A DNA stretch of 64,000 bases from a virus, in the IMG/VR virus record IMGVR_UViG_3300020183_000011. One strand, written 5' to 3'. Below are positions 18,792-30,209 of this stretch, piece by piece. Both the position numbers and the translations under genes were made by a program. The notes below the pieces were generated by a model that saw nothing but the letters and a program-made list of their open reading frames with translations, did not search any database and was not told the DNA's origin. How positions within the stretch are numbered: the first letter of the stretch is position 1; every line of letters begins with the position of its first letter.

Positions 18792-19809
18792 ATTACTTTT
18801 AGCCGCACTAGCTTTTGCTGTTAACGCTAACGCAGAAGTCGTAGTGGTCACAGGCTATGGTGATAGCTATGAAGCTGCACTTAAGAACGCTAAGATAGCT
18901 GCGCTTGAAAAAGTTGTTGGTACTTTCATCATATCAGACACGATATGGAGATCTAACGAAAATGTCTTCGAACAGATCAAGCAGTATAATGGTGGTGTCA
19001 TCAAGTCTTATAAAGTAATTGATCAAAGACAAGGTCAAGTCACCATACAAGCAGACGTTGACGTTATTAAAAACAATAAGATGTTAGTTGAAAATGGTGC
19101 AACTTTAGACCAAGACCAACTAAACTCTAAGATCGATGACTTTAATAATAAGTTGAATATAGTTCAGCACTTAGATGACCCTAAAAAGGCGTTCTATATA
19201 AAGCCAGTGCAAGTGCAAGCTATACCAAAGGGCACACATGTATCTTTTAAGATAAACACACATGTGCAATGGCAGCCAAAATGGATATCAGATATCAAGT
19301 CATTTCACAGTTTAGTAGATGACAAAGGCAACACACATACTGACACAAGAGACAGGATCAATGGTGCTTTACTAAATAAAGCTATGACTACTAACCCATA
19401 CTTAGCCATACTTGGGTCTTTAGCTTATAGTGGTACTCAGCAAACGTATCAAACATCACAAGACCCAATGTTATGTTTATCTGATAAAAGGACTAGTGGT
19501 GATGTGACATGCTATAACGTAGCAGGCGGACTTAATAACATGCCGTATCATGAGATGAAGGTAGAAGTCGCAGCTTATGATTTAAACGGCAAAGAACTAT
19601 ATAAGACTAATGTTGACGTACAAAATGATATCATGTACGAATGGGTACAAGCTGGTCAAACAAAAAGATCTAGGTGGGGAGTAACACGAACCTTCGATCA
19701 ACCAGCCATCATAGTTTATGAAAATGAAGCCATGCGTTTCAATATAGACTTAACTATGCCGACTAATGTTGGAAAAAACGTTAACAATATAACCGTAAGG
19801 AGCATATGA
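18778..19809 (+). CDS. Secreted protein, LPP20/FlgT-N-like
   Basis: Signal peptide; VTGYG...ALKNAKIAALEKVVG. Confidence 0.6.
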   Translation: MRLNKLLLAALAFAVNANAEVVVVTGYGDSYEAALKNAKIAALEKVVGTFIISDTIWRSNENVFEQIKQYNGGVIKSYKVIDQRQGQVTIQADVDVIKNNKMLVENGATLDQDQLNSKIDDFNNKLNIVQHLDDPKKAFYIKPVQVQAIPKGTHVSFKINTHVQWQPKWISDIKSFHSLVDDKGNTHTDTRDRINGALLNKAMTTNPYLAILGSLAYSGTQQTYQTSQDPMLCLSDKRTSGDVTCYNVAGGLNNMPYHEMKVEVAAYDLNGKELYKTNVDVQNDIMYEWVQAGQTKRSRWGVTRTFDQPAIIVYENEAMRFNIDLTMPTNVGKNVNNITVRSI

Positions 19810-20029
19810 TGCCAGAAAAAGACAGGCGTACAGATAATTGGGGTGGTTACTGGGATTATAATCGAGATCCAAGACAGTATCACTTTCCACACAGTACTAG
19901 GGAAATTGGATGGGGCGAATATGAACCTCAATTCAATGGTCATAAAAAGCCAGCTGAACTCATAAACTGGTGGATGGTAGGATTCTTTGTCTTACTATTC
20001 TTATTACTACATAACTTAGGAATAATTTA

Positions 20030-20815
20030 GTGAAATTAGCATTCGCATCAGATCTACACTTAGAGTTTGAACCCATCACTCTCAATAATGACGAGAATGC
20101 TGATGTATTGGTGCTTGCCGGCGATATATGCGTGGCGAAACACTTTGATTCAAGACCTAACCTAACAGAATCTTATAAACAATTCTTTGAGGATTGTAGT
20201 AAGAAGTTTAAGCATATCATTTATGTGATAGGCAACCATGAGCATTATCATTATGTCTTTAATGATACTCACAAGCAATTACTTCAAAACCTAGGCCATG
20301 TGCCTAATATTCACATATTAAACAATCAGACTGTTACCATAGATGACATCACCTTTGTGGGTGGTACCATGTGGACAAATATGAATGAAGAAGATTCAAT
20401 GACTATGGGCGCTGTTACCGACTTCATGCCCGACTGGAGAATCATTAAGTATTTTGATGGAGTGAACTATCGTAAATATACACCTCAGCTATCCATACAA
20501 GAGTTTGATAGAACTGTCCAGTATATTAACATTGTCACCCAGCCAAAAGACAAGAAGTTTGTAGTGATTACACACCATAGCCCATCATTTCAATCCTGCC
20601 ATGAGAAATGGTCTGGTGATATTGGTAATGGCGCCTTTCATACGAACCTTGATGATTTTATTGCCTATCGCCCACAGATTAAAGCCTGGGTCCATGGTCA
20701 CACCCATGACCCTTGCGAATATGATATAAGTACCACAAGAATCGTCTGTAACCCCCGTGGCTATCCAAAAGAAGGTGGTCATGGATCTTTTAAATTAAAA
20801 TATGTGGAGGTTTAA
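20030..20815 (+). CDS. Calcineurin-like metallophosphoesterase
   Basis: SDLHLE, AGDI, GNHEHY, THHSP, HGHTH, NPRGY. Confidence 0.92.
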   Translation: MKLAFASDLHLEFEPITLNNDENADVLVLAGDICVAKHFDSRPNLTESYKQFFEDCSKKFKHIIYVIGNHEHYHYVFNDTHKQLLQNLGHVPNIHILNNQTVTIDDITFVGGTMWTNMNEEDSMTMGAVTDFMPDWRIIKYFDGVNYRKYTPQLSIQEFDRTVQYINIVTQPKDKKFVVITHHSPSFQSCHEKWSGDIGNGAFHTNLDDFIAYRPQIKAWVHGHTHDPCEYDISTTRIVCNPRGYPKEGGHGSFKLKYVEV

Positions 20816-23416
20816 AGTGAAAAAAAAGAACTATAATTTATTTACAACATCTTACGGTGAAACAGTCGTTAGGATTGAAAATCGTTTTGCGTTTCCTAAA
20901 TGGGCTTTAAAAACATATGGTAAGAATTGGATCAATAACAAAATGTTGATCGGATCATACTCTAAAGAGCAAATGCTATTGTGTTTGAAGAATGCAAAAT
21001 GATCATTAAACTAGATATAAATGAGATACCAGACGAAGTATATAACAAGCTTCTGATGGAGTTCGTAAAGAAAGCGATCATTGAAGGCATCGACGTACCT
21101 CGTGGTGCTAAGGTAGAGGATTGGAACTTAACTGCAGAGCTAATCATTCCAACTGTACATTAATGAACGAATATCGAATAGAAACATTCGTGCGCAGACT
21201 TAATAAATTAGGCATAGATGTAACATTTGCTGCCAATTATCCTTGGATTTATTTTGATACTATTAATGGTAAAGAAGTAACAGGAACATTTCATGCTAAT
21301 CATGGATGGACTGCATTTTTTAGTCCTGTTGATTTACATGGTCAAGTTAAATTTAGTGATAGACGAGAAGTATTTAAAAAGGTAAGAAGCATGCTATGAT
21401 AGTATATAAAAACAAACCAAAGAACAGTTGGATATCTCCATATGAGATCGTCGATAAGTTAATCTTTTGGCGTGAGGTAGGCTATGATGAACCATTAGTT
21501 GAGAACATCGTCAAGTATACAAAACTTGGTTGGTTCTGTGGTGTATTATATGACATTAGATCATTCTTTGAACGTGACATCAACTACGTTAAGATCGATC
21601 CATGGGATGCATGGTCAGTCGATAGTACCTTATCTCCTATCATCGCACCATTACTTAAAGAACTTAAACGTGTAAAACATGGATCTCCATTTGTAGAAGA
21701 CGAAGATGTACCATTAAAATTAAGACGCAATCAAAAAGGTAAAACATCTGCTCGATATCAGGATACCCATTCTACCGATGAGGATAATGATCCTATATTT
21801 CATAAACGATGGGACTATATACTTGATGAGATGATCTGGACATTTGAACAGTTATCTGATTGGGATCATGATGGTAAATTCTACGATCATACTAAATCTC
21901 GTAAAGAAAAGGATCTAAATAAATCAGTACGTAAGATTAAAGTAGATAAAGTTGGTCTAAAGAAACACTGGGCGCGTATTGATAACGGTCTAAGACTATT
22001 TGGAAAATACTATAGAGCATTATGGGACTAGAAGAGATATGGAAGCAACTCTATGAATTCTATGGAGATCAACTGGCGCATCCTGAAGTTGAGCCTAAAC
22101 GATTTGCTTATCAATGTAAGTTGTTTCGTTACATAAATAGTAATGGTCAAAAGCCTTTTAATAACATCCCACAAGGAAAAGAAAATGGAATTTAAAAATA
22201 AAGACGAAGTGGTCATCGTCGACGAAAAAGTAACCACAGTATTTGAAGCAAAACAAGTGGATCCTGTATATCCATGCGATGGTATAGGTAAAACAAAAAT
22301 CCAATGCAGTAAGAGATGGATAGAATCATTATCTGACTGCGCTTAACTTAAGGAATATATTATGGACGTAATTTTAATGATATTTGGTATGAGTTTTGTA
22401 GATAGCATGATATCTCCCCAGGCCCCACAAGCGATCGTGGTTGAGGTCGCTAAGTTTCAGCCTAAAAAAGATGAGCCGGACCCATATGCATGGCTTATTG
22501 CAGAACTAAATGAACCTTCCCAGTAATACAAACCTATTAGCTAGTAAGCAAACTATGTCCTAGGCTGTCCTGGGCAGCTCCCAGATAAAAGTCCAATGTA
22601 ATCAAAGACTTATATATTATGCAAGTTATTGATCCATATAGCAATTTATTTTTAGCTCCGCTATGTACATTAATTAGCAAATACTATATAATGGTTCTAT
22701 ATTAATAAGGAGAGAGATTAATGATTACAAATATCACAGAAAAGCAAGCTTTAGATTATATCACAGCTTATGCTACACAAGATCATGATGGCGATTTTCT
22801 AGCTGCTATGATCCATATCAAAGAAAACATTTCAGATATTGCCGACATCAAGCTTCGTGTTTGCTTTGCGATAGCTTTTAACGGCTTTCAAAACTTCTTT
22901 GCTGAACCGGAGGCTGTATAATGAGAACATCAACCAGTTATGTAATGACAGTGGATCCATTATCTGCTGTGGACATGGAAAAGCTAGACGCTGTTCGTAA
23001 GACAGTATCTATGCTTAACAAGAATTCACCTACTAAAAAATATGTTAAGCTTCATGGGCGTGGTCCTCGTATTTTACCAGCCTTTGCTGCAGGTAAAAGT
23101 ATCAGTAGGTTCCAACAAGAATTGCCATTAGCTTATGCAGAACGTTTCGATGTCTATATTTACAGAAGGAGATAATATGACACAGCTAGACTTATTCAAA
23201 GACGAAGACCAACAAGTTAAGGACTTCGTAGAAGCAAATTCGTTTCATCTGACTGATGACGTGGTTGACTATATCAACGAACGTCTTACTGAGATGTTTA
23301 ACATCGACTATGATACTATACATGTGGATGACTTCGATACTAAGTGTGCCATGGCCGAAGCCATGATGAAGCAGATTGGTAAGAACTTACAGTCAACACC
23401 CGAGGAATGGATCTGA
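20802..23416 (+). other. Run of small hypothetical early-type genes (20802, 20981, about 21163, 21396, 22143/22185, about 22362, 22721, 22921, about 23177)
   Basis: Coupled short ORFs; promoter at 22664-22692. Confidence 0.55.
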
Positions 23417-24693
23417 CAGAAGTCTATGACATACTAGAAGATCTTGCAGCAAATCCTTCGCGGAACTATAAGATCGATCTACTAAAGAAACACGAGAACA
23501 ACAAAGTGTTACGTGAAGTGGTTCGTCTAGCACTAGACCCTTTCACACAGTTTTATATTCGTAAGATCCCAAAGTACGAAGCAACTGGGAGTGGTTGCCT
23601 ACTTGGTGCAATGGATCAACTGTTTGAGTTAAGCAGCCGTATCGTAACTGGTAATGCTGCCATAGAACACCTCACTCAGGTCCTTACTTCACTCTCTCCG
23701 AAAAATGCTAAGGTGCTTGAACGCATCATAGCAAAGGACCTGAAATGTGGTGTATCTACTGCTACAGCCAACGATGTTTGGCTTGGCCTTATTTTAGATT
23801 ATCCCTGTATGCTGGCTTCCCAATACGAACAGAAGCTTGTAGATAAGATCAATTGGCCAGCATACGTCCAATTAAAGATGGATGGCATGAGGTTTAATGC
23901 CGTTGTTCGTGATGATAAGTGCGAGTTCAAGTCTCGTAATGGTAAGACCATCGATCTACTTGGTAACCTTGAAAAAGAGTTTGTTAAGATGGCAAACGGT
24001 ATGGACTGTGTGTTTGATGGTGAGCTGCTCGTCGCCGACGAAGATGGCTATCCATTGAATAGACAGACTGGTAACGGTATACTTAATAAAGCATTGAAAG
24101 GTACCATATCTGCTAAGGAAGCAGCAATGGTTCGTGCTACTGTATGGGACTTCATACCTTACATGTACTTTACATCAGGCGAATGTCCTACTCCGTACAA
24201 ATCTAGGTTTGCACAGTTGGTTGACTTACCCGAAAAGATCCAACTTGTGCCTAACTTCACTGTAGAGACCATTGAAGAGGCACAAGCAAAGTTTAAAGAG
24301 TATTACGACATTGGAGAGGAAGGCATCATACTCAAAGATATGAACGCTCCATGGGAAAACAAACGATCTAAGTCACTTATTAAATTTAAGGGTGAGTTAG
24401 AGTGTGATTTAAAGATCGTCGATGTTGAAGACGGCACAGGTAAGTATGAAGGACTATTGGGAGCCCTCGTCTGTGAGTCAGATGATGGCATTATTAAAGT
24501 TAAAGTGGGGAGTGGATTTAACGATGAAGATCGCGCGAAGATTAAAAAGCAAGATGTCGTTGGTAAGGTGGTGGCTGTCAGGTACAACGCTCGTATTAGG
24601 AGCAAACACGAAGGTGAGAGTTTATTCCTCCCAATCTTTGTGGAGATCCGTGAAGACAAAGATAAAGCAGATTCGTCTGGGGCTATAAAATGA
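23407..24693 (+). CDS. 30: ATP-dependent DNA ligase gp30
   Basis: KMDGMR, FDGEL, EEGIILK, KFK, VGSG, LFLPIF. Confidence 0.96.
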   Translation: MDLTEVYDILEDLAANPSRNYKIDLLKKHENNKVLREVVRLALDPFTQFYIRKIPKYEATGSGCLLGAMDQLFELSSRIVTGNAAIEHLTQVLTSLSPKNAKVLERIIAKDLKCGVSTATANDVWLGLILDYPCMLASQYEQKLVDKINWPAYVQLKMDGMRFNAVVRDDKCEFKSRNGKTIDLLGNLEKEFVKMANGMDCVFDGELLVADEDGYPLNRQTGNGILNKALKGTISAKEAAMVRATVWDFIPYMYFTSGECPTPYKSRFAQLVDLPEKIQLVPNFTVETIEEAQAKFKEYYDIGEEGIILKDMNAPWENKRSKSLIKFKGELECDLKIVDVEDGTGKYEGLLGALVCESDDGIIKVKVGSGFNDEDRAKIKKQDVVGKVVAVRYNARIRSKHEGESLFLPIFVEIREDKDKADSSGAIK

Positions 24694-24964
24694 AAGTAGA
24701 GCAGCTTATTCAACAAGAGATGAATAGAATATCAGATGAGCTCATAGACACATCAATTAAGCAGAGACAAAAGAATCGTTTATGGAGACTGTGGGCTAAA
24801 GCATTAGGTGAGAAAGCCTCTGAGTGTGATAGAGAGTCAGACAAGGTTACAGTTATCCGTACCATAGTGATTGGCGTTAACTTCATCACATGTCTATTCA
24901 TTATTGCAGGCATTATAAGGCATTGGTAGCATAAATACTTAATTGCAACGTTAAGGAGCGCATC

Positions 24965-25318
24965 GTGAAGTATTTAGCGCTTTTATTATTATCGTTATCA
25001 GTTCAGGCAGCAGATCTTCCAAAAGAGTTGTATATGCCTAATGATGATAATGGGTTTGTAGTAGTAACAACTGAAGAGTGTAAAATTGATGAAGCAAAAA
25101 AAGAATATCTATATCGAGCTTATGCAACAGAAAACGATGGTACTATGCATGAAGGTTGCTGGAATGATCCAGACCTCCACAGTAAGCATCGTGACATTCC
25201 TGTATTTAATCTTACTTTTGGCCCAGGTCTAGTTGTTACCTATAAACAACACCTATTCTCGTCAGAAAAGAAAAGATGGGAAGTTGCTCCATCTATCGAG
25301 GTTAAACCACAATTATAA
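24965..25318 (+). CDS. Secreted hypothetical protein
   Basis: Signal peptide; TAAGGAG SD. Confidence 0.6.
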   Translation: MKYLALLLLSLSVQAADLPKELYMPNDDNGFVVVTTEECKIDEAKKEYLYRAYATENDGTMHEGCWNDPDLHSKHRDIPVFNLTFGPGLVVTYKQHLFSSEKKRWEVAPSIEVKPQL

Positions 25319-25354
25319 GTGTACTTTAAATATCTTTAATGGTATAATTATATC

Positions 25355-27847
25355 ATGAGTAGATTCTATACAAACGTTGTCAAATACGGCAACCAGTTAT
25401 TTTTGCGTTACGTTAATAATGGTCAGGCATTCAAAAGTAAAGTACCATTTCAACCTACATTATTTCAAGCTAGTAACACTGCCGATCAATCATCTATTTG
25501 GAAAACACTGGATGGTATTCCTGTCGTGCCTAAAAAGTTTGAGTCTATCAAAGCAGCCACTGAATATATAGACTTATACAAGGACGTAGAAGGTAAAGAG
25601 TTCTTTGGTAATACACAGTTTCAATATCAATACATCACAGAGGCTTATCCTAAGACCATAAACTGGGACAAAGACCTGATTAAGTTGTACTCGATCGACA
25701 TCGAGACAGCAACAGAAGATGGGTTTCCTAGCATCAAAGAAGCAAACGAAGAAGTATTGCTTATCACCATCAAGGATAATAATCATAAGCAGATAGTGAC
25801 CATCGGCTCTCGTCCGTACATGACAGACCGAAAAGATGTTAAGTTCATGCATTGTAAAGACGAAGCAGACTTACTCAAAACCTTTGTAGTGTTTTGGTCT
25901 AATAATTATCCTGACGTGATCACAGGTTGGAACATCAACTCATTCGATATCCCATACTTAGTCAATAGGATACGCTTAGTAATAGGTGATGAGTATGTCA
26001 AACGACTATCACCATGGGGTGTTGTCAACGAGAAGTCTGCTTATGTTGGCAAAGGTGAGACAATACAATCATACTCGATCTTAGGCATATCAATCCTCGA
26101 TTACTTAGACTTATACAAAAAGTTTACATACACGAACCAAGAATCATACAAGCTTGACTACATAGCACACATCGAGCTTGGTAAAAAGAAGCTTGAGAAT
26201 CCTGAAGATAACTTCAAAGACTTCTATACAAATCATTGGAAGACGTTTGTCGATTACAACATCCATGATACCGAACTCGTAGACGAGCTAGAAGACAAGA
26301 TGAAACTCATTGAGCTTGTGTTTACCCTAGCATATAGCTCTAAGATCAACTATGAAGATGTATTCTCTCCTGTTCGTATGTGGGACATGATCATCTTTAA
26401 CTATCTACATGAACGACGTATAGCCATACCACTTAAAGAAGAGTCTACAAAGTCTGCTGAGTTTGAAGGCGCATATGTTAAGGAACCACTTGTTGGTCCA
26501 CATAGATGGGTTGCATCGTTCGACTTGAACTCACTGTATCCACACCTTATCATGCAGTATAACATGAGTCCTGAAACAATCACTGACAAGAGGTTGAACA
26601 TTAATGTGGATAAACTCTTAGCACATGAACCTATAGAAGTCCCAGTCGGACTGTCTACATCTGCTAATGGTTGGTGTTATACTAAAGACGAGAAAGGTTT
26701 CCTTCCAGCATTGATGGAAGAGATGTACAACAATCGTTCTAAGTTTAAGAAACAAATGTTAAAAGCAGAACAAGAATACGAACATAATAAAGATCCTCAG
26801 CTTGTCAAAGATATATCTAAGCTTAAGAACCTACAGATGGCAATGAAGATCGCATTGAACTCAGCTTATGGTGCTATCGGTAATAAATACTTCCGTTATT
26901 ACGACTTACGTATAGCTGAAGGTATCACCATATCTGGTCAGCTATCCATTAGATGGATGGCAAACAAGCTTAACGACTTCATGAATAAGACCATGAAGAC
27001 TGATAACAAAGACTATGTCATAGCTATCGATACCGATTCAATATACTTATCTCTCGAAGATCTTGTAGAAAAGGTATGTGTAGACAAGACTACTGAAGAG
27101 AAGGTGGCATTCATGGATAAGACATGTGAACGTGTCATCCAACCATTCATCGATGGTGGTTATCAAGAGCTTACAACATACATGAATGCATACTCACAAA
27201 AGATGCAGATGAAACGCGAAGTGCTTGCAGATAAAGCCATATGGATCGGCAAGAAAAGATATGTGTTAAACGTACATAATTCCGAAGGAGTACAATATGC
27301 GAAACCTAAGATTAAAGTTATGGGCCTTGAAATGGTTAAATCGTCGACACCTGCTGTTGTCCGCTCGAAACTCAAGGATGCATTGGAGGTCATCTTGCAT
27401 CAGGACCAAAGTGCACTTCAGACATTCGTCCAAGAATTCAAGAAAAAATTCTCCACGCTCTCTGTCTCTGATGTCGCATTTCCTCGATCGATTTCTGGAT
27501 TAAAAGAATACAATACTGCTCAATCGATCTACAAGAAAGGTACACCTATTCAAGTTCGAGGCGCTCTACTGTTTAACTACTATCTAAAACAAAAAGGTTT
27601 GACTAAGAAGTATGAGCCAATTACGAATGGTGGTAAGATCAAGTTTGTTTACTTACGAACACCAAATCCAATAAACGAAAACGTCATAGCATTTAACTCT
27701 GTGTTACCTAAAGAGTTTGGATTAGATGACTACATAGATTATGATACACAGTTCGAGAAAGTATTCCTTGACGCATTGGAAAACGTCATCGAACCGTTAG
27801 GATGGCATGCTGAAGAGAAAGCTTCTCTTGAGTCTTTCTTTGGTTAG
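25355..27847 (+). CDS. 43: Family B DNA polymerase gp43
   Basis: DIET exonuclease motif, SFDLNSLYP, KIALNSAYG, DTDS, C-terminal clamp-binding SLESFF. Confidence 0.98.
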   Translation: MSRFYTNVVKYGNQLFLRYVNNGQAFKSKVPFQPTLFQASNTADQSSIWKTLDGIPVVPKKFESIKAATEYIDLYKDVEGKEFFGNTQFQYQYITEAYPKTINWDKDLIKLYSIDIETATEDGFPSIKEANEEVLLITIKDNNHKQIVTIGSRPYMTDRKDVKFMHCKDEADLLKTFVVFWSNNYPDVITGWNINSFDIPYLVNRIRLVIGDEYVKRLSPWGVVNEKSAYVGKGETIQSYSILGISILDYLDLYKKFTYTNQESYKLDYIAHIELGKKKLENPEDNFKDFYTNHWKTFVDYNIHDTELVDELEDKMKLIELVFTLAYSSKINYEDVFSPVRMWDMIIFNYLHERRIAIPLKEESTKSAEFEGAYVKEPLVGPHRWVASFDLNSLYPHLIMQYNMSPETITDKRLNINVDKLLAHEPIEVPVGLSTSANGWCYTKDEKGFLPALMEEMYNNRSKFKKQMLKAEQEYEHNKDPQLVKDISKLKNLQMAMKIALNSAYGAIGNKYFRYYDLRIAEGITISGQLSIRWMANKLNDFMNKTMKTDNKDYVIAIDTDSIYLSLEDLVEKVCVDKTTEEKVAFMDKTCERVIQPFIDGGYQELTTYMNAYSQKMQMKREVLADKAIWIGKKRYVLNVHNSEGVQYAKPKIKVMGLEMVKSSTPAVVRSKLKDALEVILHQDQSALQTFVQEFKKKFSTLSVSDVAFPRSISGLKEYNTAQSIYKKGTPIQVRGALLFNYYLKQKGLTKKYEPITNGGKIKFVYLRTPNPINENVIAFNSVLPKEFGLDDYIDYDTQFEKVFLDALENVIEPLGWHAEEKASLESFFG

Positions 27848-28223
27848 TATACAAGGCTGTGCTATCTTAGGAGTCGGTGGTGCATATCAAACTATTGATA
27901 ATGTATCTACTGGTGTAAACGTAGTATCGTATGGCGCTACAGGAAAAGGATTATCAGATCATGCTGCATCTACTATCACAGGCAAAGATTGCCAAATGTT
28001 TAACGTATTACAACATAAAAATATTTGTAGGATAAGGAAAACTTATGAAGTGCGACATCTGCAAGAAGGAAATAAACAGCAGTTGCAAGTGGAAACCTTG
28101 CCAACTATTAAAGTACCTAAAGAAAGGAAAAAACTAAATGTCACAAGATTGGGTAAAAGACATGAACGACATGCACGCAAAGTTCGGTGTGCGAGAAGTC
28201 GTGTCAAAAATGGATGCAAATAA
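27807..28223 (+). CDS. Putative lipoprotein
   Basis: Lipobox IQGC; overlaps both neighbours. Confidence 0.5.
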   Translation: MLKRKLLLSLSLVSIQGCAILGVGGAYQTIDNVSTGVNVVSYGATGKGLSDHAASTITGKDCQMFNVLQHKNICRIRKTYEVRHLQEGNKQQLQVETLPTIKVPKERKKLNVTRLGKRHERHARKVRCARSRVKNGCK

Positions 28224-28539
28224 ACTATTGGACTTCTTACAGTTTCGTATAGGTTGTTTACAAGAAGAACTAGACGAACTCAAAGCGGCAAAGAATGGTG
28301 ATGATGCAGTCGATGCATTGATCGACCTATCTGTGTTTGCTATCGGTACATTAGATCTATTTGGTATCGATGCACATATGGCATGGGACCGAGTATATAA
28401 ATCTAACATTACCAAGGAAGTTGGTATCAAGGAAGGTCGACCAAACCCACTAGGTTTGCCTGATCTTATCAAGCCTGAAGGATGGACAGCACCAACTCAT
28501 AAAAATAACACAGGAGCATTCGACAAGATTTATGACTAA
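28138..28539 (+). CDS. MazG/PRA-PH-like NTP pyrophosphohydrolase (candidate dCTPase/dUTPase)
   Basis: LQEELDEL, VDALIDL, SNITK, KPEGW. Confidence 0.8.
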   Translation: MSQDWVKDMNDMHAKFGVREVVSKMDANKLLDFLQFRIGCLQEELDELKAAKNGDDAVDALIDLSVFAIGTLDLFGIDAHMAWDRVYKSNITKEVGIKEGRPNPLGLPDLIKPEGWTAPTHKNNTGAFDKIYD

Positions 28540-29125
28540 AGATAAGTATAATCAAATGTTACAATTTGCACAGATGCTTGCATCTGGTCCATGTAAAGTG
28601 TATAAAAAAGATGTGCATGAAGATATCTCAAAGATGGCTAAAGCTATCTATGAAAGTGATTATCAACAAAGCAAAAGACCACGTACATATGAAGAAGTAT
28701 ACGATGACTGTAAACATATAGTCATAGAATATGCTTTAGCTGAACGCTTAAAAGGTATGAGAAATCCTAAAGAATTTGATAAGACTGATGCTGATTCTTA
28801 TTATTGGGATGTGCTAGTAGAATTTATCATGGCAAATATACTATTTGAATGTAAGAGGCATAAAGAAAATGGTGGTGAAATGTTTTCATACTCAAATAAA
28901 GGTATGGAAACATTCTTTAAACATAAAGATAAATTAGATTACGTGGTTACTGCGCGTGTGAATGATTTTGAAGATTATTATCTAGTAAATTTTACTTATA
29001 TAATGGATGCTCCATCGTTTAAAAAATACTGGGAACCTAGTAAATATAAACCATTATGGGAATCTATGTATAATAACTTTAACAGCCTCAGGGAAAAAGC
29101 TTGTGTAAAAATAAATTTACTTTAA
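28532..29125 (+). CDS. Hypothetical protein, possible PD-(D/E)xK nuclease fold
   Basis: EYA..., WDVLV..., FECK arrangement. Confidence 0.4.
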   Translation: MTKDKYNQMLQFAQMLASGPCKVYKKDVHEDISKMAKAIYESDYQQSKRPRTYEEVYDDCKHIVIEYALAERLKGMRNPKEFDKTDADSYYWDVLVEFIMANILFECKRHKENGGEMFSYSNKGMETFFKHKDKLDYVVTARVNDFEDYYLVNFTYIMDAPSFKKYWEPSKYKPLWESMYNNFNSLREKACVKINLL

Positions 29126-29169
29126 TTATTAAATGTGGTATTATACTACTATAACATGGGAGTTATATT

Positions 29170-29517
29170 ATGAAACAATATTCAAGACCGTCAGCAAACA
29201 TCTTATTAGAAGCCGCTGATATCCAAGAACGAAAAGGCAATGATTACAACAATGCCAATTCTCGAGTACAACAAGCAGATTATTATGAACACGGTGTCTG
29301 GACTATCCTTGACATCATGAAAGCAAAGTATCTCCGCATGGTCTCAGTGTTAGAAGCACAAGAGGCTGGAGGTATACCTAACTTTGAATCGGTCGAAGAC
29401 TCAGCTCTTGACATGATCAACTATGCATCGTTCTTAGTTGCGTACTGTCGTCATCAAGTCCCTGGTCAAGATCCTAATCGAGACATCTTTAACAAACCTA
29501 AGAAGGTGACAAAATGA
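29170..29517 (+). CDS. Nucleotide-modification-associated domain 1 (DUF1599-like, all-alpha NTP-PPase-like)
   Basis: RKGNDY, K.LR, ESVEDSALDMINY. Confidence 0.7.
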   Translation: MKQYSRPSANILLEAADIQERKGNDYNNANSRVQQADYYEHGVWTILDIMKAKYLRMVSVLEAQEAGGIPNFESVEDSALDMINYASFLVAYCRHQVPGQDPNRDIFNKPKKVTK

Positions 29518-30209
29518 GTACAGTCTATGGTGTAAGTAATATCCGAAACATCTTTACCGAGAAGCTAAAGATGGGTGACTTCGTCATCGACAAGACTGGT
29601 GTTAAGACTATCGAGATCATGAATGCAGCCTTCTTTGCAAATGCGCCGACTATATTTGGTACAGTCAACGAAGACTATGTTAAGCGTGAACTCGAATGGT
29701 ATAACTCTAAGTCACGCAATGTGAATGATATTCCAGGTGGAGCACCAGAGATATGGAAAATGGTATCATCAACAAAAGGTCGCATCAACTCTAACTATGG
29801 TTGGTGTATATACTCGTTTGAGAATGGCGATCAATTTACTAAAGTAGTCGACGAACTTACAAATAATCCAGACTCTCGTAGAGCGGTCATGATCTATACA
29901 AGACCATCTATGCATTATGACTATAACACTGACGGTATGTCTGACTTCATATGTACTAACACTGTACAATACATGATTAGAAATAATAAACTTCATTCTA
30001 TGGTTTACATGAGATCTAACGATGCGGTGTTTGGCTATAAGAATGATTATGCATGGCAAAAGCATGTGTTACTAGAAGTATGGGAATACTTAAGACATGC
30101 ACACAGTAAGTTTGATGACTTGCAACTAGGTGATATCTATTGGAACGTAGCATCACTTCATATATACGAAAGGCACTTTAAGTTTATAAATGACCCTGCA
30201 GCCAACTAA
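29514..30209 (+). CDS. 42: dCMP hydroxymethylase (T4 gp42-like)
   Basis: RRAVMIYTRPSM..DYN.DGMSDFICTNTVQY, MRSNDAVFGYKNDYAWQ, SLHIYERHF; Asp in NDY is the dCMP-specificity residue. Confidence 0.9.
   Translation: MSTVYGVSNIRNIFTEKLKMGDFVIDKTGVKTIEIMNAAFFANAPTIFGTVNEDYVKRELEWYNSKSRNVNDIPGGAPEIWKMVSSTKGRINSNYGWCIYSFENGDQFTKVVDELTNNPDSRRAVMIYTRPSMHYDYNTDGMSDFICTNTVQYMIRNNKLHSMVYMRSNDAVFGYKNDYAWQKHVLLEVWEYLRHAHSKFDDLQLGDIYWNVASLHIYERHFKFINDPAAN

Noticed and set aside
29514-30209. Ordinary thymidylate synthase or dUMP hydroxymethylase
   Set aside because: The sequence follows T4 gp42 closely and has Asp, not Asn, at the specificity position
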